Shown here: positions 46,001 through 55,612 of the stretch, in pieces | How the letters are laid out: every line of letters begins with the position of its first letter | Position numbering within the stretch: the stretch's first letter is position 1 | DNA from: Savitreella phatthalungensis | Taxonomy: Eukaryota | Assembly: GCA_051599415.1 (NCBI GenBank) | Contig: AP039691.1 | Location: forward strand, 248,001 to 312,000 | DNA length: 64,000 nt | Direction: 5' to 3' | Translations under genes and position numbers: made by a program | The notes under the pieces: model-generated | Database searches by the model: none | Told to the model about the DNA's origin: nothing | Seen by the model: only the letters and a program-made list of their open reading frames with translations

Positions 46001-47836
46001 TGGCTCGCGATCGCCATCGGCCTCTACCGGCGCAGGGCTCACTGCATCGATTGATTGAGTGGGCCCATTCGTGATTGGACATTCTACCTGCGTCGGCGTG
46101 TGGCACGGAGTATCAGCCATAGGCGGTTCCCGGAAGAGCTCAGGATCGATCACTATCGGCGGCTCTTGACGCTTTGCATTGTCAGCCAATTCAGCAGGCT
46201 CTGCGCTGCGCTCCGTCTCAGCCGTCTCGGCTAGTGATGAGACTGAGCCGGGCTCTATAGAAGGCAAGGCGATGTTCATCGGCTGTGCATCCTTCCGAGG
46301 CCGGCCGCGAGGCCGCTTCGGTGTTGTTGGTGCAATACTGTCCTTGGTAGCTGAACGCTTGCCGGGTGGTCGTCCTCGCGGACGGACAGAGATCAATGCA
46401 GATGGGCTCGATGATACTACCAGCGAGTTCGCCGAAAGCTCCAGATCATCGACCTCCATCTCGCGCTCGTCTCGACCGACCGGAGCAAGACGCGAATAAT
46501 CGATAGGTGGAAGCTCGCCTGCACGTGGAGATACTGGCGTGTGCGGTAGGACAGCTTGCACCATGTTCTTTGGTACGTTCATAATGCTGAAATAGCGTGA
46601 CTGACGGGTGCGACCGATGACCTCAGGAATCTCACAGATGCCCATGTCTGAATACTCGGCCATATATTCATCCTCACTCTTGACGAGCAACAGTCTGCGC
46701 AAGAGCCATTCTGCAGCGCGAGTGTAGCGTGATCCCGTGATCTGGCTCACTACATCGGCTGACGAAACACCATCTGTACCGGATCTTGCAATGGCTTCCA
46801 CCACTGTCGCCTCCGGGACTTCGCCTTTTCTTAAGCCGGCGTCTGATGACGATGACTGTAAGATCGCAGGCTCTGCAGGCAGCGGAACTCTTTCATCACC
46901 TTGCAAAATATCATTGGCTTCGTCTTCGTCGACTTCGTCCTTGATAGCCAGGCTGACACCCCGCCAATCTTCTTTGTCCGCCACCGCGGGGTCGTAGTCT
47001 TTTATCAGTGTGACGACGCGCGACAAGATGGGCTCGTTGTTGCGCGCCAAACCTGTCCTGGTCTTGCACAACTCGATGTATCCATGCTCAGCAAGCGCCG
47101 CAAGAGTAGTATTGTAAGCACGTGCACGCACGTCTCCAGCCTTTTTGGTAGAGCAGCCAAGGACGACGCGCAGGTCGTCAGACTTCATCGCATGACCATT
47201 GCGTTGTTTGAGCGCTTCGATCATTGACAGCCGGAAGGCGCTGAGGTTCAGATCGGCATTTTCAAGCTCTGTTGTGGGGACTTTGCTGTAACGCCAATGA
47301 CGGTAGTGCATCGTCCTGGCTCGCTGCATGATGACCGAGGTACCGATGATGAGGCCAAGATCGGCAAGCTTCTTGCACCGTCCCGGGGCACTGCGCTTAT
47401 CTTGACCGGTACTGGTGTAGAGGTCAATAAGCATGATGCCGTTCTCCCGAGCTCTCGAGACCGCACTCAGCAGTGTGAGCATCATAGGCTGTACCCTCGC
47501 ATAGTCTGGACCATGTCCCGTTAACGCCTGCCAGAGACACTCCTCAGATACACAGAGCCGCAATGTCTCACCGTGACGCGTCCAACAATCGGCCCAAGTG
47601 CTGAGGTCTTGCTTACACGGCAACAATTTGCCCTCACTTGTCTGGTGACACGGAACAAACTCCGGTCGCTCCAGTAACAACTTCCAAAAGTAGTTACGAT
47701 AGGCATCGTCGACATTCTGGTGTACGCCTAGCTTGTCCCAGTACTGCCCGACGATCTGCCAGAAGCGCTTTGGAGTAGCTCCACCTTCGCCATCAATGGC
47801 CAGCTCATCCAGCACGAATCTAAGACAGTCGTCCAT
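43067..47836 (-). CDS. TFC3: RNA polymerase III transcription factor TFIIIC B-block-binding subunit (Tfc3/Sfc3)
   Basis: 1589 aa; N-terminal LDELAIDGEGG, CLWQALTGH, winged-helix segment ARENGI..TGQDKRS..CKKLADLGLI; AT-hook-like RPRGRP; acidic tract. Confidence 0.8.
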   Translation of the reverse strand: MDDCLRFVLDELAIDGEGGATPKRFWQIVGQYWDKLGVHQNVDDAYRNYFWKLLLERPEFVPCHQTSEGKLLPCKQDLSTWADCWTRHGETLRLCVSEECLWQALTGHGPDYARVQPMMLTLLSAVSRARENGIMLIDLYTSTGQDKRSAPGRCKKLADLGLIIGTSVIMQRARTMHYRHWRYSKVPTTELENADLNLSAFRLSMIEALKQRNGHAMKSDDLRVVLGCSTKKAGDVRARAYNTTLAALAEHGYIELCKTRTGLARNNEPILSRVVTLIKDYDPAVADKEDWRGVSLAIKDEVDEDEANDILQGDERVPLPAEPAILQSSSSDAGLRKGEVPEATVVEAIARSGTDGVSSADVVSQITGSRYTRAAEWLLRRLLLVKSEDEYMAEYSDMGICEIPEVIGRTRQSRYFSIMNVPKNMVQAVLPHTPVSPRAGELPPIDYSRLAPVGRDEREMEVDDLELSANSLVVSSSPSALISVRPRGRPPGKRSATKDSIAPTTPKRPRGRPRKDAQPMNIALPSIEPGSVSSLAETAETERSAEPAELADNAKRQEPPIVIDPELFREPPMADTPCHTPTQVECPITNGPTQSIDAVSPAPVEADGDREPAIPALEAVAPATPIRQHFTLKRSTTPRSSVRNDDRTRQRRDELLDYVEAKCQGVFSTTNFDRIALHDYQLARQKTRPDKRTIQTDLRQLVLDGRLVEYNVTMQDIMAYVDLRKAVKSEASLFARPDLSRDAAIGILEMRWKNREEQALQNTGTLETREIEGLEVLPYVRRGVQRTEHQIFTSVDNAIELERQRRAEEVRRTGLKTRDRLDSVRQRKPRETVPRPNVTQANMPHIDRDVQRRVAQRRIAQTDEREALQRDQDALRRAEKQERAAEREADKEIRLIEREAERTQRMAEREADRTRRAIARAAARAALEARKLKLKQERKTESQKRKQRASLPHAFLNLSEEEDDDEDEDDDDDNNDDDDDDDDDEEDNDDDDDEDQEDDNEDETDDIDNDSPGTGAQRRRGGSRVDRIHASRAAGPSPLARARSRRPRAQKQDAGRYEAGGRSDTDSETDRRERTRHAGPPISAQQEDRLLRAAFLSQVYFQEGVHNKRANIDWHAMRRLVPELSERDLNARYLSIRHRPRTNALLGFINSAFFAERCNDAIEQGRLPPFPQPGTQDVDLSPYVEFSRLFDVQQRFAVGHELPEDPDDIEAVLDLGQEESQIFNRYFAFGSNFVRMEEIVGQAFVEEDEDDEEEKETRNDQGTSEADITPDLRPEDGAQGSKMERSGNEAPEVVHVRVRAATKGMLAGLGVKWDYKAARKAMLRTARGDRQLITNVIRELQEDQTLARPSRHIGDPVSAGGTPSWVFSDKYRAFLEPVIPIAALHSASQYSTQWPQELAGRSDPIEIPLTCGRSMALAAIEMLVAGQLGLATTTQWSLEGLLRGYHVKSIDGSRTNRTNLLELPMQDDTATSIAWREDQRQVTVSEVVRAWRVHGGSGPSLLVGVDGKPDEQMIQKLLSKVMGMFVERGAATLNALRSFMAKDLEPPELITLIDVLTNVGVLRRHEETNRRGRCSSYYRLLPGFFRVLP

Positions 47837-48402
47837 GTCCTGAAAGAGTCGATCAGGCGGATACTAAGTCAACATCGGGTATGATGACACAAAGGCGCTC
47901 GAGGCGCTTGATACTATCCTGAAGCGACTTGAGACGGTCGTCGAAATATCTGACCCTGTTCGTCGGATCTGCGAGACTGACGCGTTAAGCACGGATGTAC
48001 TTCGGCAACGATTCCAGGAAGTCTCGTAGTGAATGCGCAAGACCCAGGCGCGCCTGAAGATGAAGTCTTTGTGTGCACAACAACCAAAAGCTTGGTAGTA
48101 TGTTCTGTGCATTCGATTCAAACAAGTCATGCAGTTGATCAATTGTGGAGTTGCAGAGTACGTAGATCGTTTGTTGAAATGAATCAAGCTAAAGAAAAAA
48201 GATGCACACATACACACACTTACTCAAGTCAGTATTGTCGTTGAGGGCATACACGTACATCCGTACTTGACCTTTAGTACGATCTAGCAGGCAAGAAGCC
48301 GCCGTTTCAAGCAGTTGATACATCTCTGCTCGGTAAACTGGAAGTCATTCTGCGAGATCTGATTTTAACAAACGACTTAGACGGCGCAAGATGGCATAAA
48401 GC

Positions 48403-51400
48403 ATGTCGACACACCCTGATAGTGCCTTCTATGCACTCTCGCTTGTGGACCCATCCACACCTGTCTGTGCTCCTGTCCTAGGTCACTTCTCTGGTGGTAA
48501 GCAGCAGGAGCTCGCAGTCGCGACTTGCAATGCCTTGTCAATATATAGAATCGACAACCGGACAGGCAAGCTACGCAAATTACTGTTCCAGCGCGTCTAT
48601 GCAACTATCAGGTCGATCGCGGCATTTCGCTTGGCAGGAACATCTCAAGACCATCTCATCATTGGCTCAGACTCTGGACGGGTGACTGCTCTTCAATTCG
48701 ATGCACAGGCTAGAAGGCTCAAGCGGATACATTGTGAGAGCTTCGGCCGTTCCGGTGCTCGAAGGGTCGTACCTGGTCAATACACAGCAGCCGACCCCAA
48801 AGGCCGCGCTGTCATGCTAGCAGCCATCGAGAAGAACAAGCTTGCTTATGTTCTGAATCGTGACGCGGAAGGTAATATGACCATCAGCTCGCCACTCGAG
48901 GTCTCAACTCCAGGTATGCTTGTATATCACATGGTTGCACTGGATGTAGGCTATGATAATCCGGTATACGCTGTCATTGAGCTCAATCATAAGGACACAT
49001 CACTGGAGGATGCAATGGAGGTTGATGCCGCTGATCAACCCGAAAATACAGGATCCGGAGCGGGACCGCCGAAAGTTCTGTCTTATTACGAGCTGGATCT
49101 TGGACTCAACAACGTCGTAAGAGCATGGATGCAGCCGATCGAGCGCGATGCAACACATCTCGTAAGCTTACCTGGAGGCTATGACGGTCCGGGTGGCGTT
49201 TTGGTCTGCTCTCCTGGTCGGATAGAGTATCGCCACAAGAATCGGCCATTGCACGTCGTGCAAATACCACGTCGGCATAACACATTGATAACTCGGAAAT
49301 CTAGCATCGTTTCCAGCGTCACGCATAAGCTGAAGGGATCTTTCTTTGTACTTCTTCAGACCGACGCAGGTGATCTCTTCAAGCTTTCTGCCGATCATGA
49401 AGAAGGCGCATTGACGTCTCTAACGCTGAAGTACTTCGATACGCTTCCAGTTGCCAGAGGTCTCACCATCTTCAAAGCTGGATATCTGTATGCCGCTTGC
49501 GAGAGTGGCGGTGGACGACTCTATCAGTTCGAGAAACTCGGGGAGGACGATAACGAGATCGAGGTTTCTAGTCGAGCTTCAGCATCAGAGCTTGAGGACG
49601 TTCAATTCACTCCTCGCGAGCTTGTCAATTTGTCTTTACAGGACGAGCTCGATTCCTTCGGACCGATGCTCGATATGGCAGTCGTCAACTTCACGAAAGA
49701 GGATGCCTCACAGGTCTACGCGCTCTGCGGAAAACGTGGTCGATCAACTCTTGAGACCATTCGCCATGAACTTCAGGTGAACGAAGTCATCGCATCCGAG
49801 CTACCCGGCAGCCCGACGGGCGTGTGGACCACAAAGCTCAGACAGGATGATGAGTACGATAGCTACATGGTGCTGTCATTCCTAGATGCCACCTTGGTTT
49901 TGTCTATTGGCGAATCGGTCGAAGAATTATCTGACACCGGGTTGTCTGCGTCGACACAGACGCTGGCGGTGCAGCAGCTCGGTAAAGATGCACTGATCCA
50001 AATCCATCCGCGAGGAATCAGGCACATACAGTCAAGTGGACACGTGAACGAATGGAGTGCTCCTCAGCATCGCACGATTGTACAGGCCACGAGTAATAAT
50101 CGTCAGGTCGTTCTGGCGCTCTCATCCGGCGAGCTCATCTACTTCGAGCTCGATGCGGACGAGCAGCTGAATGAGTATGAAGAGCGCAAAGACGTCGGCG
50201 GCAATGTGACTGCTTTAGCGATAGGGGCAGTGCCGGAAGGACTTCTGCGCAACCCTTACCTCGCTGTTGCATGCGATGACTCTACTGTCCGTGTGCTCTC
50301 GCTGGACCCAGACAACACGCTGGAGTCACTCAGTCTGCAGGCGCTGACGGCGCCTGCAAGCTCGCTGCTCATGATGCAATTGGACTCTGCAGCTGGCGTG
50401 AGCTCTGGGCTTTACCTTCACATTGGCTTGAACAATGGTGTCTACCTGCGCACAAGCCTGGAGCTGAGCACAGGTCAACTGATGGACACGCGCACCCGCT
50501 TCCTTGGCCCGAGTCCAGTAGGTCTGACCGCGGTCCGACCTGCACCTGGCGTTGATGCTGTCATGGCGACATCGACGCGGCCGTGGCTTGGATATACGCG
50601 TCCTGGAGAGGCTACGCAACTATTGCCTCTCCACTACGACGTGCTTCATCATGGTGCAGGATTCTCTTCCGAAGACTTCTCGAATGGCCTTGTCGGCATC
50701 CGCGATAACACGCTTTGCATCTTCACCGTCAACGATCTTGATCACAAATTCAAGCGCGACAGTCTGCCGCTTCGATTCACTCCAAGGAAAATGTGTCGCC
50801 ATCCGATTAAGGCCGTCTTTTACGTCCTAGAGGCTGATCATCATGCTGCGTTGTCGTCCTCATCTGACACAAGTCCAGGTGAAGTAGCCTGGGCCCCAGA
50901 GAGACACTGGGCATCCTGTATTCGCGTTGTGGATCCTGTGACCAATTCGACATTGAGCGAGCTGGCACTAGCCCCTAATGAGGCCGCATTCTCCGCTACC
51001 GTCCTCTCCTTTGCTTCTCGACCTGGGAAGGAGCAGTTTCTGGCTGTGGGATGTGCGATTGGTGCTTCACTGATGCCAAAGACATGCGTTTCAGCAAGTA
51101 TTCATCTATACGCAATCTCCGGAGACGGTCGACGATTGACACTGGTGCACAAAACGGACACCGCCAACGAGATCCCGCTGGCGCTGCATCCATTCCTCGG
51201 CAAGCTTGCCGCCGGATGTGGTTGCGACGTTCGACTTTACGACATCGGCAAGAAGCGCTTGCTTCGGAAGTGTGAGGAAACCCTTGGCACCACAGCCATC
51301 GTTCGACTCCTCTCGCCAAACCCGCTCTCGCCAGAAGACGCGGATCCATCGACAGAGCAGACTCTCGTGGTCTGCGACGCTCTCGAATCCGTGCGGTTTG

Positions 51401-52071
51401 TGCGGTATGTTGAGGATGAGAATACGCTGGTGGCGTATGCTGATGACACGGTGCGACGTTGGGTGTCTGCGGCGTGCGCGGTCGATGCGGCGAGCGTGTT
51501 TGTGGCTGATCGTTACGGCAACCACTCGGTCCTCAGGACGCCACAGCGTGTCTCAGACCTAGTTCGAACAGATCTACAAGGACATCGGCTCATCAACGAG
51601 CACGCCTTCCTCAATGCTGCACCTCACAGACTGGACCTCGTCGCCCACATCCACGCGGGCGATATTGGGGTCGCCGCAGTAAGATGTGAGCTTGTCCCTG
51701 GCGGGCGACCTGTGGTGGTGGTCGGTGGTATTCAAGGCAGCTTGAGCGTGCTGATCCCTTTCGATGCACGTGAGGATGCCGATCTGTTTGCCGCGCTCGA
51801 ACGCGCTATCAGGACACTTCCTTCGTTGATTCCCACCGGCAGCGCTAGTGACGTTAGCACCCTAGGAGATCCCGCAGGCCTCGTCGGTCGTGATCATGCG
51901 GCCTACAGGTCGTCCTTTGCACCACAGCGCAGTATCATCGATGGAGACCTGTGCGAGGAATTCCTGAGTCTCTCGAGTGACGGGAAGGCAGCCGTCGCCG
52001 CGGCGCTACAGCGCGACGTGGCTGAAGTCGTCAAGAAGGTGGAAGAGATGCGTATCAGGTATGCATACTAG
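48403..52071 (+). CDS. RSE1: U2 snRNP SF3b subunit Rse1/Prp12/SF3B3
   Basis: GHFSGGKQQE, GSDSGR, ESFGRSGARRVVPGQY, DPKGRAVM, SSPLE, DVGYDNP, YYELDLGLN, YFDTLP, GRDHAAYRS..IDGDLCE. Confidence 0.96.
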   Translation: MSTHPDSAFYALSLVDPSTPVCAPVLGHFSGGKQQELAVATCNALSIYRIDNRTGKLRKLLFQRVYATIRSIAAFRLAGTSQDHLIIGSDSGRVTALQFDAQARRLKRIHCESFGRSGARRVVPGQYTAADPKGRAVMLAAIEKNKLAYVLNRDAEGNMTISSPLEVSTPGMLVYHMVALDVGYDNPVYAVIELNHKDTSLEDAMEVDAADQPENTGSGAGPPKVLSYYELDLGLNNVVRAWMQPIERDATHLVSLPGGYDGPGGVLVCSPGRIEYRHKNRPLHVVQIPRRHNTLITRKSSIVSSVTHKLKGSFFVLLQTDAGDLFKLSADHEEGALTSLTLKYFDTLPVARGLTIFKAGYLYAACESGGGRLYQFEKLGEDDNEIEVSSRASASELEDVQFTPRELVNLSLQDELDSFGPMLDMAVVNFTKEDASQVYALCGKRGRSTLETIRHELQVNEVIASELPGSPTGVWTTKLRQDDEYDSYMVLSFLDATLVLSIGESVEELSDTGLSASTQTLAVQQLGKDALIQIHPRGIRHIQSSGHVNEWSAPQHRTIVQATSNNRQVVLALSSGELIYFELDADEQLNEYEERKDVGGNVTALAIGAVPEGLLRNPYLAVACDDSTVRVLSLDPDNTLESLSLQALTAPASSLLMMQLDSAAGVSSGLYLHIGLNNGVYLRTSLELSTGQLMDTRTRFLGPSPVGLTAVRPAPGVDAVMATSTRPWLGYTRPGEATQLLPLHYDVLHHGAGFSSEDFSNGLVGIRDNTLCIFTVNDLDHKFKRDSLPLRFTPRKMCRHPIKAVFYVLEADHHAALSSSSDTSPGEVAWAPERHWASCIRVVDPVTNSTLSELALAPNEAAFSATVLSFASRPGKEQFLAVGCAIGASLMPKTCVSASIHLYAISGDGRRLTLVHKTDTANEIPLALHPFLGKLAAGCGCDVRLYDIGKKRLLRKCEETLGTTAIVRLLSPNPLSPEDADPSTEQTLVVCDALESVRFVRYVEDENTLVAYADDTVRRWVSAACAVDAASVFVADRYGNHSVLRTPQRVSDLVRTDLQGHRLINEHAFLNAAPHRLDLVAHIHAGDIGVAAVRCELVPGGRPVVVVGGIQGSLSVLIPFDAREDADLFAALERAIRTLPSLIPTGSASDVSTLGDPAGLVGRDHAAYRSSFAPQRSIIDGDLCEEFLSLSSDGKAAVAAALQRDVAEVVKKVEEMRIRYAY

Positions 52072-52176
52072 GTCGGACGCTGTTCAGAGATGCTGATTTG
52101 AAGTTCATAAGGTATGATGATGTAGTGTACAAAGATGTGGTATATCTACAGCTAATGACGAGTGCTTAATCGCTGA

Positions 52177-52509
52177 TCATCTCCGTCGCATAGTCATGGC
52201 ATTCTTTGCACGCTTGCGAGCGAGGAATTTGCCTCCCTTGAAGGTTTCTCTGGCGCTGCCGCGACCACCGGATGTCGAGATCTTGCCAGACGCTGTGGTT
52301 TTGGGTCCTTTCGGATCGACTTCCATGGTAGAGTCATCGACTGCGGCTGAGTCAGCAGCTTGCTCCTGCTTTTCTTTTTCCTGCTGCTTCTGACCGCGAG
52401 CCAAGTGCTCGGCGACCCGTTTTAACCGCGCTTCCTCGATTGATGATCGAGACTTTGACCGGATCGCGCTGAACTTCTTCTTCACCTGTGACCGTGCAGA
52501 CTTGGCCAT
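52177..52509 (-). CDS. Small basic nucleolar protein, DUF2423 (YBL028C/LLPH-like)
   Basis: MAKSARS..KK..R start, EEARLKRV, KISTSGGR; Lys/Arg-rich, 110 aa. Confidence 0.75.
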   Translation of the reverse strand: MAKSARSQVKKKFSAIRSKSRSSIEEARLKRVAEHLARGQKQQEKEKQEQAADSAAVDDSTMEVDPKGPKTTASGKISTSGGRGSARETFKGGKFLARKRAKNAMTMRRR

Positions 52510-53278
52510 CTTATACCGCGTCGACCTATGTGTTTGGGGAAATGAGCAGGGCTCCTAGCTAACAGCTGAACGATACAGACCGTTGAGTCTAAGACAACAA
52601 AGGATCAGGCGTAGGAAGAGATGGAGGAAGACGAGATGGTGGAGGTTGGTTGTGCCTTGAGATGTAGTACTTGTAATATTCCGGAGTGTGATCTATAACA
52701 ATCTTCAATAAAGAAATAATAGATTCCTGTCAGATTATAATAAATCTGGTAGAGTTTCCTAATTGACGCTATTCAAATGACGTCTGAACTCTCCAATTCT
52801 GCATAAATTTATATGCGTACGTACACTGCTGTGCATTCGATTAATTGAGTATTGATCCAGTGAACGGCGCGAGCACGAGCGTTACGCCATCACATTCACA
52901 GCTCCAATGCAGTATATACGTACAGTAAGAGTACATCACACATACGTCGATAGACAGGGCCGCAATCACGTCCAATAGACTCCTGTAGTCAACACGCAGC
53001 TTCCTTTGAGTTTCATAAGGAGCAATCAGTCGCTGAAGCTCTATCAACGCTCACTCTGTACCACTGTTGGAACACATTAGCTACGCTATCTTCGGCAAAT
53101 CCTGCACGTGCGCAGTCGAGCTCTCTATTTGTTCTTCGCGCGCAGCTCCAGCTACCGCTCATTCGGTTCACTCTTCTCGGAGAATTGGTGGCACGCTCTG
53201 GGTCTCACAGGACAGCATAGCTAGCATGACACGATTTTCATTCGTCCTGGCCCAGACGTGACGCATCGCTCACAGATC

Positions 53279-55543
53279 ATGTCGACAGCAGGCTTTGACC
53301 GAGCGAAGGCCGAGCGGTGGATCAGTGGCCGACTGCTTGTCGCCAATCTGAGGGATGTCTTACGAGAAGAAGGTTTACCTTCGAGCGGCAATAAGCCGCA
53401 GCTGGTGACCCGCGTCGCCGAGCTGATGTCCAACCTCTATGCACAAGGCGACAGTGCGCGCTATGAGCGACTACGTAACAAGGTGTCCAGCATACGGCCT
53501 CCCGGCCGAGTGACCTCATCCACAGCACCGCAGCAGCATTACACGCCGCACACATACAGTACGACGCCAGCAGCAACATCGGCTAGCACGAACCCATATG
53601 CGGCCCAGGCAGCCGCCGCCACTGCCGCAAGATCACATATTCCACAACCCGTCCATGTCGCCAGTCGCACAGGTCCATACAGCTCTTCCACGACAGCTTC
53701 TTCGGCTTGGCACACACCGGCGACTTCCGGTTCGACAGGTGGCAGGTTCAACAAGCGGATACCTGTAAACATCAAGGCACTCAAAGTGCGTGAGAATCCT
53801 TTTATCGAGGTACGCGAACCTCAATCAGCTATCTTTTGGGTCAAAAACGACCAGCCGAGACAGGCCGGTGGCGAGATCAATCTGACGCCAGGAGCCATGA
53901 ATCTCCTCACTAGCCAAAAGGATTCGTACAGGCTTTACTTATTCAGTGGCGACGGGTATCGGCAAGAGCGCGGTCAAGATGTCCTGATGCACTGGCCAGA
54001 TCAGGCTGTCATCTATGTCAATGGTAAGCTCTACGATGGTAGCCTCCGGCCAAAACTGCGGAAATCTCAGGGACTTGAACCCCCCGCCGATTTGACCTCG
54101 CTGCTCAACATCAAAGGCAAGAACGTGTTCTCTGTCCAATACAGCTTTGCATCTCCAGATATCTGTCTCGGTATCCAGGCAGCACTTGTTCGATTGTGGA
54201 AGCCGGCAGATCTTCAGAACCAAATCGAGAAAGGCCGAAGGCTTGTCAAGTCTGCCGTCATTGATCAAATGCGGAAGAAGACGGCAGAAGATGAGGCTGA
54301 CGGAATTTCAGTTGGTGGTTCAGACATCAGTCTACGTGACCCACTGTCCGGCATGCGTATCACGATACCTTGTCGTGGCCAATTGTGCCGCCATACGCAG
54401 TGCTTCGATGCATTTTCCTGGTTATCCATGAATGAGCAAATACCGCGATTTCAATGCCCGGTGTGCAATCAGAACATCCCAAACCTGAAGGCGATCGCTG
54501 TGGATGAGTACTTCCAGGAGATTCTTCAGCAGACATCGCCGGACACTGATAGTGTAACGATCGAGCCGGACGCGACTTGGCATCTACCCGGTATCAACAA
54601 ATCATCAGGTAATGCTGACGATATCCCTCAGAGCGGGCAGCGCGACCAGAACACATCGAAAGACGAGCCATCGGACTCTCAACCGCAGTACGATGTCGTC
54701 GAACTTGACGACAGCGATGACGATGGCGGAGCCACATCGAATCCTGCTACTGCCGTGCCTGCACATCTGAGTGTGCAGCCGAAGCTCGAGCTCCCGTCCC
54801 CTACAGGCGCAATGGGACAAGTTTCAGCGCCTGCTGGTTCAGTGAATGGCAGCGCGAATGGAGCATTCAGCAGTATCAGCTCGCCTGGGCGCACTGCGAG
54901 TCCTGCGATTCGCAGACCACCGCCAGTGACGATCGATCTGACGGAAGACAGCAGTGATGACGACGAGCCGCCCGTCCGACCTTCCAAGCGTACACGAATC
55001 GATGCTCCCGAGACCGCCTCTCCCCCACCCTCTCACGCGCACGTCAACGGCACAACTACCAGCACTAACGACTCCGTTCCCGCACCCATACAATCCCTCA
55101 CCAACGGCCACACCACCGACACGCCAATTACACCGAACCACCACACCCACCCACCATTCCACGGCCCTGACTACGGCACATTCCCACCGACGTCCGCCCA
55201 CCGATTGCCTGCGCCTTTGGCGCCTAGCGGTGGGGTTGGCGGTGTATCTGGGCTGGACGAGTATGGGGTGCCTTTGAGCGAAGGTGGTGTAGAGATTGAT
55301 CGACCGATAGCTCGGCCGTCGGTGGTAGAAGATCGGTCTCCCCGATTGATGCAGAACACCTGTTACAGTAATGATTTCACGTCAAACTCGCCCTTCGACA
55401 ATGACGATCACGACGATCCACAAATCAATAGCGAGATGGATAACCCGTACGAGTGGCCGCCAGCCGAGGAAGAGGAAGAAGATGACGAGGCTGAAGAACA
55501 AGGAGCGGGTTCTGAAGACGAATATGTAGACGATGGGGACTGA
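53279..55543 (+). CDS. SIZ1: PIAS-family SUMO E3 ligase (Siz1/Pli1): SAP, PINIT-like, SP-RING, SIMs
   Basis: SAP LLVANLRDVLREEGLPSSGNKPQLVTR; PPADLT; SP-RING ISLRDPLSGMRITIPCRGQLCRHTQCFDA..CPVC; SIMs VVELDDSDDD and TIDLTEDS. ATG at 53279. Confidence 0.9.
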   Translation: MSTAGFDRAKAERWISGRLLVANLRDVLREEGLPSSGNKPQLVTRVAELMSNLYAQGDSARYERLRNKVSSIRPPGRVTSSTAPQQHYTPHTYSTTPAATSASTNPYAAQAAAATAARSHIPQPVHVASRTGPYSSSTTASSAWHTPATSGSTGGRFNKRIPVNIKALKVRENPFIEVREPQSAIFWVKNDQPRQAGGEINLTPGAMNLLTSQKDSYRLYLFSGDGYRQERGQDVLMHWPDQAVIYVNGKLYDGSLRPKLRKSQGLEPPADLTSLLNIKGKNVFSVQYSFASPDICLGIQAALVRLWKPADLQNQIEKGRRLVKSAVIDQMRKKTAEDEADGISVGGSDISLRDPLSGMRITIPCRGQLCRHTQCFDAFSWLSMNEQIPRFQCPVCNQNIPNLKAIAVDEYFQEILQQTSPDTDSVTIEPDATWHLPGINKSSGNADDIPQSGQRDQNTSKDEPSDSQPQYDVVELDDSDDDGGATSNPATAVPAHLSVQPKLELPSPTGAMGQVSAPAGSVNGSANGAFSSISSPGRTASPAIRRPPPVTIDLTEDSSDDDEPPVRPSKRTRIDAPETASPPPSHAHVNGTTTSTNDSVPAPIQSLTNGHTTDTPITPNHHTHPPFHGPDYGTFPPTSAHRLPAPLAPSGGVGGVSGLDEYGVPLSEGGVEIDRPIARPSVVEDRSPRLMQNTCYSNDFTSNSPFDNDDHDDPQINSEMDNPYEWPPAEEEEEDDEAEEQGAGSEDEYVDDGD

Positions 55544-55612
55544 GGATGGACTTTGTTGTAACAACATACCTTGATTAACTATTTGAAGGGTTAAAAGTAG
55601 TAGATTAACAGA

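Noticed and set aside
171..55543. Functional cluster of STUbL, RAD5 and SUMO ligase genes
   Set aside because: Spread over 55 kb among unrelated housekeeping genes; chance is sufficient.
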